Assembly (NCBI GenBank): GCA_002256025.1
Contig: NKIB01014374.1
Span: forward strand, 1-44,104
Length of the DNA: 44,104 nt
Direction: 5' to 3'
Source of the DNA: Asterionella formosa
Lineage: Eukaryota
Part shown: positions 11,599 through 22,318 of the stretch, piece after piece
Layout of the letters: each line of letters starts with the position of its first letter
How positions within the stretch are numbered: position 1 is the first letter of the stretch
Notes under the pieces: model-generated
What the model was told of the DNA's origin: nothing
Seen by the model: the letters and a program-made list of their open reading frames with translations, nothing else
The model's database searches: none
Program-made: the position numbers and the translations under genes

Positions 11599-12378
11599 CC
11601 AAATGACTGAATTGAATACCTATACTACCAGTGACAATTATATTATGGGGATCAAGGAGTAAGGTCAAATTAAAAACCCAATAGTTCCAAACCATTCCTG
11701 TTATATTCAAGAAAAAAATCTTGCCAGTTTTGCCCAAGAAGTACTTTCATCAACACGGTGAAGATGTCTAAAATAATTGTAGGCTATATGTAGTAGCTGA
11801 TGTTGATGGTGCCCGCAAGGAAATGAAACATCAGTGTTTGAACTTTCTTCTGCAGTCGGACTGAGATAATAGCTCGTTCTCGACAAATTCAGTGTACTGA
11901 ATCGTCCCGTCCAATGTCCCACCTTACTGTGAGCTTATTTTATTCTATCTACTTCTGGTGGTCAGTCAAAAGATGAACTCTTAAGGTTCTCTTCCCAAAT
12001 GTATGTATGCAGAAATTCATCGGTTGAGTTTGGTTTTCATCTCTCACTTATCCATTACATATTTTATAGCACCGGTATAGCAACCTTTAATATCAAATAT
12101 TTTTCAGGGAATTATCGAAGAGGTTTTCGATTATAGTATGTGTACCATGTACTCCTTCCGACCTTTCATGCTTTCTGGTTATATGTAGTTGTGTCTTGAC
12201 AAATCACAACCCCAATCAAAATTGTCTTCCCGACAGGGTGTGAAAATAATAAGGATGAAGCTTGAAACAGCCCTATCCACTCGACTGCTGGACTGAAGGT
12301 GTCAACACCCTGTATGAAACTGTGCGAAGTTCTTCGAGGCATTTTATACTTGGTGAAGTGAACCTTTTAGCAACATGA

Positions 12379-15175
12379 TTAAGAAATCGTTTTCTTGAAG
12401 AACCAGCTCGAAAGTTTTGTTTGCTTCCCAGATGCTTGTTGCTTCCTACTTCCGGCCATTTGCTCATCCCTTGATTCCGGTAATGAGGAATTGAGCTCGC
12501 CCTTGTCTCCTTCTGGTGTGACCGTCTTTGCCCTCTTGGTCGGTCGTGGAACGGGGACACCAGTAACCGCCACTTTCCTTGAAGTGCCTTCCCTGTCACT
12601 GAGAGAGTAAGACGACGATGATGAGCTTCGCTCAACAGTGAATCCTCCTGTGTTGTCTACATTGCCTCTAGCGGTGACTGTGCTTGTCCCAAATGTAGAA
12701 ATACTCTCAATCTCGTCAGTGAACTGGGAAAATATCTCATCCTCGGATAGCTCTGCAGCCTTTAATTCCAACATGTACCTATTTTCTTCAGCTCGAGATC
12801 TTTTGCCATAGACCTTGGTATGTCGTGCCTTCCCCCCCTTGATGACAGGAGTAACGGCTCGACTTCTCACTTCATTCTTGGACAACTGTTCGTTCGAATC
12901 TTGTTCGTCACCACTATTGTTCGGATCATGAAGGCGCACTACCTTACCTTTGTCAGTTTTCTTGTTCTTTGGTGTTGTGGCTTCCTTCTCAGAAGTCTTT
13001 GCGATTATCTCACGGAAGTGGTTGCTTCGCTGATTCAAATCAATGGGACCAAGGGGCGTTCGCTTCTCTCCCTCGGGGGTTGCTTGGTCGTTGACGACGA
13101 AATTATCGCAAGGCTTGTTCTCCAGCGTTGGCTCTTCCTTGTGAGATGTTTCTTGTTCCACTAAACCCTTATTCCAGCGCACCGGCGAAACTTTCTGGGA
13201 CTCCTTTACCTGCATGTCATCTCCTGTCCGTGTGCTCAAACAAGTGAAACCGTCATCTGAACTATCTTTTGAAATATTATTGTCCACTTCCTTAAATGAC
13301 GACCTACTCTTCTCATTGTCAAATAATATGATCTTGATACTTTGGTTTGAGCTTTCATCGTCGTTCAAAGACCGAATGACTGGATCGTCCAACGGATGCG
13401 TGTGGGTATCGCCATCCGACATTAAGATCCACTCGTGTACACAAGCATCGCTCACAGAGATGCGCTTTGTTGGATCAGCAAGTAATAACTTCTTAACTAA
13501 ATCCTCCGCTTCCTTCGAGATGCCATGCCACCGATTATGAGGGAACTTAATCTTGGCTTCGGCTACTTCATCAAAACCTTGACTGACATCGAAGGGAGGA
13601 GCTCCACTCAGCAAAATATACAGAATTACACCAATAGACCACATATCGGCTTGCTTGCCTGACGAGAAAAGTGAGTACATTATTGGATAAAGGGAGGAGG
13701 GGAGCTCAACATATTATCACACTGCACGCACCGTAGCGACCTTGTCCTGCAACTGTATTTTGTCGTCGAAGTACTTCCGGGGCAAAGTATTGAGGGGTTC
13801 CACAAAATGTTTTGAGACCGTCTTCTGTCATTGACTTTGCCAAACCAAAGTCCGTCAACTTGATGTCAATGTCCGACTGGCGGTTCACTACCAAAATATT
13901 TTCCGGTTTTAAATCACGATGGACCACATTTTGTTCTTCGTGTAGGTAGTAAACAGCACTAAGTAGCCGGCGCATCACTTTCCGACTTTCTAATTCTGTG
14001 TATTTTCCTTTTTCCACAATTCTATCAAAGAGATCTCCACCGTGCAATAGCTCCATGACCAAGTAAATGGCAACACCAGGCGCCACAAAAACGTCATGTA
14101 GTTTGACAATGTAGGGATGATCTAGGGCTTGTAAAATCGACGCTTCCGCTTCTAGAGTGGCACTGGCTTCATCTGTCAGTCTGACGCCCCTATTGCGACC
14201 AACAAGAGAAATAACCTTGACTGCGCGTTCTTCTCCGGTGCGTCGATGAATGGCTCTGCGGACTTCTCCAACAGTTCCTGCTCCCAATATGTCCCGAATA
14301 TCATAAAACTGTTCGACTCTCCGGGGTGGTGTGGTTTTTGTAGGCGATATTCTCGACCTGGCGTTGCCTTGATGCATGAAGAAAGGTTGCGGATGAGCAT
14401 ATCGATCAAGAGAGTGATTGACCATGGCTTTTGGGTCCACCAAGCCTTTTTTGCGAGCTGACGCGGATAAAGGGGGAGGCATCATTGGTCGTTTTTGGCG
14501 CAAACAACTCATGAGGGAGGACTGATGACCTTGCTGTTGCTGAAATATATTGACAAAAATAAATGCATGCTTTCTGTGGAGCGATTGGAGCATGTCTGTA
14601 GCACTAATTTTCTTTTGCAGGGTTTGAGGGTTAACCAGACTTATTTCGTCCCCGGTGTGCAAAAGTCGTTTCTCACCCCTTCGCAGCAGGGTGCTTCCGT
14701 TAATAAGCGTTCCATTCCCAGAAGTGTCTTCAATGTAAACTTCCATTTCTAATGATGGCCCAGGTGACTTGAGCATACAATATATTTTGCAGTGAGTGTT
14801 GCTAATCATGGCATGAACCCAGTCGTGCAACGCAAGCAACTTTTTGTTGTCTATGTTTTTAGGCGGTGGCTTTGCCTGTACATCACATTTGGAGCTTCTC
14901 CCCAGCGTGTGTAAGTTGAATATATCCACAGGTCGCAATCTTTCCAATCCCATGAAATGAATTCCACCGATTCGCTTTTCATCGGGAGGTTCACGGGGTA
15001 ACAAGTCAAGTCCTCCGCTCCGCTTGTCGCCTGAACATGGAACAAGTCGTCCCCAAGGTTGTTGCTTCGGATGGATAGCAGCATGGGGAGGGAGGGGTGA
15101 AAACAGATTGCTGTCTTCATCAACGGCGAGCTGTGTCAATTCATTTTGAGTCATGGGCTCTGGTTGTGTCATCAT
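12379..15175 (-). CDS. CHK2: Chk2-like checkpoint kinase (TQ cluster + FHA + Ser/Thr kinase + long disordered tail); exons 15175-13732 and 13658-12379
   Basis: N-terminal TQ repeats (MTQPEPMTQNELTQ); FHA motifs GR..SNTH..DTSGNGT; kinase motifs HRDLKPEN, DFG and TFCGTPQYFAPE. Splicing out one GT-AG intron gives a continuous GRYG-KQADMWSIG (kinase subdomain IX). Confidence 0.85.
13659..13731 (-). other. Spliceosomal intron (73 bp, GT..AG) in the Chk2-like gene
   Basis: Donor G|GTGCGT and pyrimidine-rich acceptor ttttctcgtcAG|GC. Removal joins the two kinase ORFs in frame. Confidence 0.85.
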
Positions 15176-16783
15176 CTGATGTGTCGTCAAGCAAAAAGTG
15201 GGTTATGCATCAATCGAACAATAAAGGGAAGAAATTTAGTTAACAATAGAGGCACGCAGAAGTGTTGAGCGAAATGAAAATTCGTCGGAATTCAATCACA
15301 CAAGGAAGGATCCACAACAGCGTGCCTTGCGTATAGGAGGGTAACGGTGTTATTTGAAGATCAATGCCCTTCCATGGAAGGATTTGATCACACATAAAAA
15401 GAAACACTTTTTCCTTACCTCGGAAAATTGGGAATTGTACTCGTCCTTCTGTTGCAAATGATGCGAGCTTACTTTGGGGAGTGGGGGTTCCATGCCGTTG
15501 TCTCGTTCTATGAAAGGCGCTTTGTTTGTCTCAACCATAAAACAAGTGTTGAGTGTATGCAATAGCTACCGGTACAACGTAATAAATTCTCTTTAGACAT
15601 ATGATACATCTATCTGGTAAATTATGTAGAAACGAAGGTGATCAGTATCAAGCTTGCGGATCATTCATGTAGGAAACAGATGCATCAAGATGAGATCGTT
15701 TGATTATTATATATCATTGCTTTCTTCGATTCAAAAATTTGGCGCGCATTTTTTAATGGTGAAAGGAAATCAAACTGACGGGGTGTATGTCCGTCCATAC
15801 GTAGGGATGCTGATTATAGGACACGTTTCAGTACGACATGCTGCCTTTGCTTTCACATACTGTGCAAGTCGCGGTAATGTTGCTGAAGCTAAAGTTTAGC
15901 TATCTTTATCCCATATTAAATTGTTAGTTTAAGCATAATTACTGCAACTTGCTGGCACCTGGTACCATCAGTCGAGCGCTAGTACCCCAAAACACGTTTT
16001 GCACAGAAGTCATCATTTATGTACCGGTATGTCTGTGTTCTTTTTATTCATATACCTGTACCTCTATTCAATCAACAAGCAATGCAGTCATGCTTAGCTA
16101 ATCAATCCCCAACCCACAAAAATGACAGCATATCGGTATTCCACATATCTGGAAAAAATTAAATAAATTAATTTTTCACAGCATATCAAATCTAGTACCG
16201 TGATGTAGCAGCTTTTTTCGACAAGTTACATTCATTATCACGATGGTATACATGCTTGATAGTACGGTTGTTGTCGCTCTGCCGCTCCTCAAAAGCAACA
16301 TTTCATCATAAAAATGTTCACTCCGCATGTAGTAGGATGAGCATGAAGAATGACGAGACAAATTGTTTGCTTTCGCGTCATGATGACATCAAAACAATCG
16401 TCGATTCTTGACACCATCATCATTCTGATGTTTGCATACCGGTACTTGCTGTGACGACGAAGATTCGCGATCTTTTTCTGCGTATAGGTAGCTCTGTGTA
16501 TAATATGCATCGAAGATATGTGGTTGTACCTGGGACCCTGTTTCTACCGGTAGACCGGTATACCGGTACCTGGAATCGAATTACCGGTATTTCTTGTTGA
16601 GGATGATGTTCCAAGGATCAATAGGCTATTGCGTGCCCGCATGACGGAGTATCGTGTTCCCATCATGACAGGCTTCCCAACTTGACTTTTACTTGGATCC
16701 TCATCGGCAATATTCACTCTTAATCAACAAAGTGCTCGACGATCAGGCCATCAGGCAACATAACACATATCACCTGAAACAAG

Positions 16784-17494
16784 ATGAAGCTCCTTCTACT
16801 ACTCTCCCTCGCTCTGGCACCAGCAGTCACTGCCTTTGTACCAACCCGTACAGCTCTCGTTCGCAAGCCACTCACAATGCGAGCAGACATGTCCAACGAG
16901 AAACCAAATTCAGCTCCTGAAAAAGCCCTGCCCAAGCAATTTTTGGATAAATTGTCTACTATAAAATTAGATTTCAACGCTGACGCCGTTCGTGGAAACA
17001 TGAGCAATGGAGCGGTGGGGCAACGTGGCGAACTATACTTCGTCGCTCAATCTGCGATTGTCCTTTGCATCTTGATTGGAGGAATTCCCTTCATTGGAGA
17101 CATTCTCTTTTTGCTATTGGGTCCTGCTTTTCTTATCGTAGGGGGAGGTACGCTTGTTTTGGGTCTCAGCGATCTTGGGGATTCCTTGACTCCCTGGCCT
17201 GTTCCACCAGAGGGCGATACCGGTCTCAAAACGGGGGGACTTTATGCACAAGTCCGTCACCCCATTTATGCTGGCTTACTGGCAGCGATGACTGGCCTTA
17301 GTTTGATCACGGGGTCTGTCAATCGTCTTCTTTTGACGGCTCTTTTGTTGTATTGCCTTGATATCAAGGCTGACTATGAAGAGGGAAAATTGATGGAGAA
17401 GTTCCCAGATTATGCAGCCTACAAGGATACTGTGACTGGAAGATTCGTCCCGTCGGCGCTTACAAATGCATTCCCATGGAGCAAAAAGGAGTAA
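16784..17494 (+). CDS. Isoprenylcysteine carboxyl methyltransferase / PEMT-family membrane protein, probably plastid-targeted
   Basis: Signal peptide + AVTA-FVP presequence; family motifs GGLYAQVRHPIYAG and EEGKLMEKFPDYAAYK..RFVP. Confidence 0.8.
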   Translation: MKLLLLLSLALAPAVTAFVPTRTALVRKPLTMRADMSNEKPNSAPEKALPKQFLDKLSTIKLDFNADAVRGNMSNGAVGQRGELYFVAQSAIVLCILIGGIPFIGDILFLLLGPAFLIVGGGTLVLGLSDLGDSLTPWPVPPEGDTGLKTGGLYAQVRHPIYAGLLAAMTGLSLITGSVNRLLLTALLLYCLDIKADYEEGKLMEKFPDYAAYKDTVTGRFVPSALTNAFPWSKKE

Positions 17495-17804
17495 AATTGA
17501 TGGACTTTAAGTTTGTTGGTTGATTCTGACGATTCTTCAAAGAGTCTGTAATGTTCTATCCTTTCATATGATGAAGCATCGATGATCAACAAACATATAA
17601 CTCTTCGAATATGATCAATTCAATCAAAGCCATACTGACCATGAGAGCACAAGACTAAAAACAATATTCATATCGATAGCTACCTGAAGTAGCAAGTAAA
17701 GTGCTCTATCAATCTATAACATATAAAAGGTCTATGGAATATCAATGTTGTAAAAAGTGTGCCCAATTCCGGGTATCACTGAATCAATGTTGTACAAGCT
17801 GAGG

Positions 17805-19682
17805 CTAGATGTCAATTGACAAGTTTGTGAGGAAGAAGCGTCGACAGGTGTCCATCTTTTGAAGCTCCATCCACTTTAAAGGCAGCATTGAGGTCGGGAT
17901 GCCCAATGCAACACAGATTCGTTCAACCAAGGAGGGCTCGGAAGGGATGACTTCAACTTTGTTACATAGTGCGACGGACATGGCCATTTCGAGGATAAAG
18001 TCTTTCTGTATATCGTCCAAGTCGGATGCATTTTGCTTAATGAGGGTCACAAGATCATCCATCACGTCCATAACAGATGGTTCAGTTTCATGATCAAACA
18101 AGCCACCGATTGTATCAGCAAAGGCGGTCAGTTCATCTCTTTCAACTCGAGACCGTGTCACTGAGTAATATGCATCTTGGATCCCTTTGTATACATCTAC
18201 ATTGTCCATGTTTTCCCAACTAACGTATACGCCTACCCACTTGAGTAAATTTGCAAACTTTTGTGCCCTCTTATCACCCACTTTGATTGCCCAACGCAAA
18301 CGATTTATGGCTTTCTCTTGAGATTGATCAGATGACTGACGGGGGTCCAATTTGCTGCAGTGGGTGCCAACAGCATCAAATGCATGAAAATTGAATGTTG
18401 ATGTCAGAGCCTCTGCAAAGGCGACGCCTCTCACTGAGTGGCCGAATTGATCCAACCTGGGAGAAAATACACAATATCCACCAACGCGAGGGATAACCAC
18501 CATAACGCATCCTGACACCCCCGACTTTGCTGGTGCTCCAATTTTGACAAAGAACTCTCCGGCTGCGTCGTACATACCAGACATGACCAATGACGAGAGG
18601 ACTTGTCGGACAGTTTCAGAAGATAATACTTGTTTACCCGAAACTGGATTCAATCCGCCATTTGCAAGAGTGGCTGCCACGACAGACATGGCAGCAGCTG
18701 TCATTTCTATGGAACAAGAACGAAAGTAAAAGTCTAGCATAGTCTCCAAGGTGACTGGTTTGGGTAACCCAGTCTTGCCTCTCATCAGATAGGCGAGGGC
18801 AAAGTTGTTATCGCTTGTTGAACGCTCGCCAAGGAAGGCTACCTCATCAAATCCAACTTCACCAACGATGCCATCGCCACTCAATGCTTTCCATACGGGG
18901 AAAAGAATGTCTTCCAATAGTTCCTTGGAACGTTCCTTGTGATCTCCAACAGGTATATCAGCGAATCCGCAAAGAGCAGGGTATGCCGATGCCACAACAG
19001 CACACGTCATTAAGGCACCAGAATTCACCATGGGGTTGAATGGCCGACCGTCGGGGAGGAGCGTAGCGTCGTTGAATGCTCGTCCAGATGGAGCCACTCC
19101 CACCCATTCGTTGAGTTTCTCTTTTCCGAGTTTTTCAATAGCGATCGCCATCATGGTTGGCTTGGATGTCGACTGAATTGTGAAAGGCGCTCGAGAATCT
19201 CCAGACTCAAAGAGCTGACCATGAATGCTGCAAAACCCTAATCCAAGTTGATCAGGATTGGCATCGCGGAGTGAAGGGATATACTGAGCCGTTTCTCCCT
19301 CTGTGTTTTCCCGTACACTATCTAATAGGTACTGAAGCTCCTCCGAAAAACGAGCGAAATCGCTAATGATCCAGTCACCCTCTGCAATGCGTTTGAGAAA
19401 GCTAACGTTGATAAGGGCAGCCCTTCGAAAGTCGACATACGAAATTTCTTTCTGGGTTTGAGAAAGCTTCTTCATTTCTCTACAAAATTCCTTCACACGA
19501 CTGTCCTCCTCTAAAATGCCGTTGTGCTGTAGTTTGGCCTGCACTGTCCGCCAGTCAATGATTGCTGATCCCTCGCCATTTATTGTCCCTCCTAACTGGA
19601 GCATGAGTTCGACGATTGACTCATCTTCAATTGTGATATTGAGTGGATCGGGTGAGGGTGTCCTTACGTTGTAAGGAGCCAT
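17805..19682 (-). CDS. GLS: Glutaminase (serine-dependent) with N-terminal helical/EF-hand-like region and unusual C-terminal domain
   Basis: AQYIPSL, FTIQSTSKP (SxxK), NPMVNSGAL, GMYDAAG, PAKSGVSG and FSPRLDQFGHSVRG. The start is set at the first ATG (19682). Confidence 0.9.
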   Translation of the reverse strand: MAPYNVRTPSPDPLNITIEDESIVELMLQLGGTINGEGSAIIDWRTVQAKLQHNGILEEDSRVKEFCREMKKLSQTQKEISYVDFRRAALINVSFLKRIAEGDWIISDFARFSEELQYLLDSVRENTEGETAQYIPSLRDANPDQLGLGFCSIHGQLFESGDSRAPFTIQSTSKPTMMAIAIEKLGKEKLNEWVGVAPSGRAFNDATLLPDGRPFNPMVNSGALMTCAVVASAYPALCGFADIPVGDHKERSKELLEDILFPVWKALSGDGIVGEVGFDEVAFLGERSTSDNNFALAYLMRGKTGLPKPVTLETMLDFYFRSCSIEMTAAAMSVVAATLANGGLNPVSGKQVLSSETVRQVLSSLVMSGMYDAAGEFFVKIGAPAKSGVSGCVMVVIPRVGGYCVFSPRLDQFGHSVRGVAFAEALTSTFNFHAFDAVGTHCSKLDPRQSSDQSQEKAINRLRWAIKVGDKRAQKFANLLKWVGVYVSWENMDNVDVYKGIQDAYYSVTRSRVERDELTAFADTIGGLFDHETEPSVMDVMDDLVTLIKQNASDLDDIQKDFILEMAMSVALCNKVEVIPSEPSLVERICVALGIPTSMLPLKWMELQKMDTCRRFFLTNLSIDI

Positions 19683-20122
19683 GCTGTTCAGGTGGATGTC
19701 ACCCTTCAACTTTTGGTTGGCAACAATTTCAAGAACGGATTTGATCTGTGTTTTCGATTTTGATTTCTATGTGATGAATTTGTGAATCAGCCCCTTTCGG
19801 GTTTATCAATCGTTTCTTTCCTCATTGACGTGGTTGGGAATGTCACGATTGGCGTCAAATCATTACCGGTAGTTGGTTGGAATATAACACATCAGGCATG
19901 TGATAAGTGAAACGGATCAGAATCGAATTCGAACGGAAAAGAATATTGCTTTGATCCTGCATATCATCATCTGAAGAATCTTGGGAGAAATGCATGAAAA
20001 TGCAATTGAGCTACCGGGTACCAGATGTCAAAAATGTTCATTCAAAGAGTGATAGCTATATGGTCAAGACATAAGGACCGGTAACTGTATACCGGTACCG
20101 GTATGTATCTGCTAGGTAACTG

Positions 20123-20152
20123 GTACCAGGTACCATTTTTGGTACCTGGTAC
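20123..20152. repeat. 13-bp perfect stem with 4-nt loop built from the same motif family
   Basis: gtaccaggtacca-tttt-tggtacctggtac. Confidence 0.85.
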
Positions 20153-20750
20153 TATTAAATTTTGTATGCATGGGATGAGGGCCAAAGTGACATACCGGTA
20201 ATCGACTTTGAGAGGAGAAACACAACTCTTTCTTTGTAACTCCACTGCCTTTTCATTCGTGCATGTCAATCGTCATGTGGTTGCATACCGGTATGCCGGT
20301 ATATATACCTGTATGTATTGTATGCATGAACGAAACAAAATCTGTGCAATGTACGACTACCTATATATGATACATACTGTGCACATACAACCGGTACCAG
20401 GAACCGAAATGAGCGCTGGAAGTACCGGGACATCACTTGTACAAACCGGTGCTGCACGAGGTGAGCGATCCCGCTTAACACATGCAGCTATAGGGATAGG
20501 GTTACAGAGATTATATCACAACTGTATGGAATTATTCCTATCATTCCATGCAGTAATATAGGCAATGGCTGTGTCCATCAAACACTAAAGTAAACAAGGC
20601 CTTATTCAATACCATGGGACCTAGTCGAATAATGCTAATCCTGGGATGGGTAGACTATACACCATACCAGGTTATGTATACCAGCATAAATATAATAGAT
20701 AGACTCCATGATTATTCCCCAGTACATAATTGATACTACCATACTCATTA

Positions 20751-21836
20751 TTATTCAGTATAAAATCCAAAGAACGAGACATCCTTCCCTAGCCAATAAA
20801 GTGCACATGCACATGGGAAGATGGTCAATACAAAACAAACACCAGCAAATGCAGGGCAAATGTCTTGAAATGGTGCAACACCAGCCTTTCCAGCTCGATG
20901 CGCCACCATGCTGGCTTGTGTGGAATAGACAGCAAAGAGGGCTGTGGAGGATTCCAACACCATTTGGCTGGGATGCAAGATCCCAACCCGATGCCACCAT
21001 TCTTGACCACGAAGGGCCAAGGTCCCTACCTCAGGAGCAAAGACGCAACCAATGAAACCAATGGCCAACAAGGACCGGGCGCGGAGTAGTTCAGTAGGAG
21101 TGAGAAGTGGAAGAGATTCCTCGGAATTTGGTGTAATGTTGTCGAGTCGTGCAATTCCAACAAGACGACGTAAGGGGCCTGGTATATTTTGAAAGGAATG
21201 ATGCACCAAGGTTAATACAGGACATACTAGGCTAAAGACAAAGGTGCAGAATGCCAGAGGGCAAGCAATTAGGTCAATTTGAGTCAACAAGGAAGGACAC
21301 AGTGGGCTTGTCCGCCATGCCAGCCATGTTGCACTTGCTGTGTATGCTGCAGCATACAAGTGGACCACAGCGTCATCAACAGCTCCAGTGCGTATATTGG
21401 GACTGACTTGCTTCGTAGGGTCATTGTTGGCATAAGGTGGTGTAGATGCTAGATAGTCTGCTCCAGCATTCCAGAAAGCCAAGACAATGCTAGCTTGTTC
21501 CAGCTGTAGATAGGAGTCACCGTAGTTGCCAAGGACATTCGAGATGGATACTGCGGTAGCCACCATTATGAGTGTCATAGATGGTGCATTTCGTGGCGCA
21601 GATAAAAAATCGATTAATGTTGGTCGATCCAGTTTTCCGATCGAGTCTGAAATGAGATAATCTGGTTCAATCCATGCATCATATGATGATGGTTGTAGAT
21701 CAGTCCGCCATACATTCGTAGGCCGACTCCTTTTTGATTGGAGTTTTTTGGTTGGCTTGTAAACTGTGAGTCCATCGCTTTTTGTCACCCGAATTGTGCA
21801 ACCGAGGACAGCCAAGAGCTCTCTGATTTTCGCCAT
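20751..21836 (-). CDS. Hypothetical multi-pass membrane protein (361 aa)
   Basis: Long ATG-initiated ORF with several hydrophobic segments; no family recognised. Confidence 0.7.
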   Translation of the reverse strand: MAKIRELLAVLGCTIRVTKSDGLTVYKPTKKLQSKRSRPTNVWRTDLQPSSYDAWIEPDYLISDSIGKLDRPTLIDFLSAPRNAPSMTLIMVATAVSISNVLGNYGDSYLQLEQASIVLAFWNAGADYLASTPPYANNDPTKQVSPNIRTGAVDDAVVHLYAAAYTASATWLAWRTSPLCPSLLTQIDLIACPLAFCTFVFSLVCPVLTLVHHSFQNIPGPLRRLVGIARLDNITPNSEESLPLLTPTELLRARSLLAIGFIGCVFAPEVGTLALRGQEWWHRVGILHPSQMVLESSTALFAVYSTQASMVAHRAGKAGVAPFQDICPAFAGVCFVLTIFPCACALYWLGKDVSFFGFYTE

Positions 21837-22318
21837 GATGAAGGCGATGATAAACTCGAGAACGCCGTCGAATTAATTAATTGATTAATTAATTGTAGGT
21901 TGTTATTGAGAGCGATATGTAGCAACGACGAAGAAATGCTGGAAGCAATCGGAAATATGTGCGTGCATGTCGCAGCCCCTCATACTGCTACTAATGTAAT
22001 GAATGATCATACTATATACGGTACGGTACCAGGGTATGTGTGTACATAAACAAACAAATCAAATAACAGGTATATGATACCGGTATAATTCTTATTTACA
22101 AAAAATGAAATCTTGTGGAAAATTCGAAGCAACAAAGTACCGGTAACAAAAGTGCATACCGGTACCACAGATATATATATACCGGTAGTAGCATCACCTT
22201 TCTCAGTCTCGTCTCGCACTGTATATAGCATTGATGAGAAGCCGATCACCTCGTTGCATGCTCACAGGACTGACAAAGACTAGAGCAAAGCCACAACAAA
22301 CATAAACACAAATAAATT

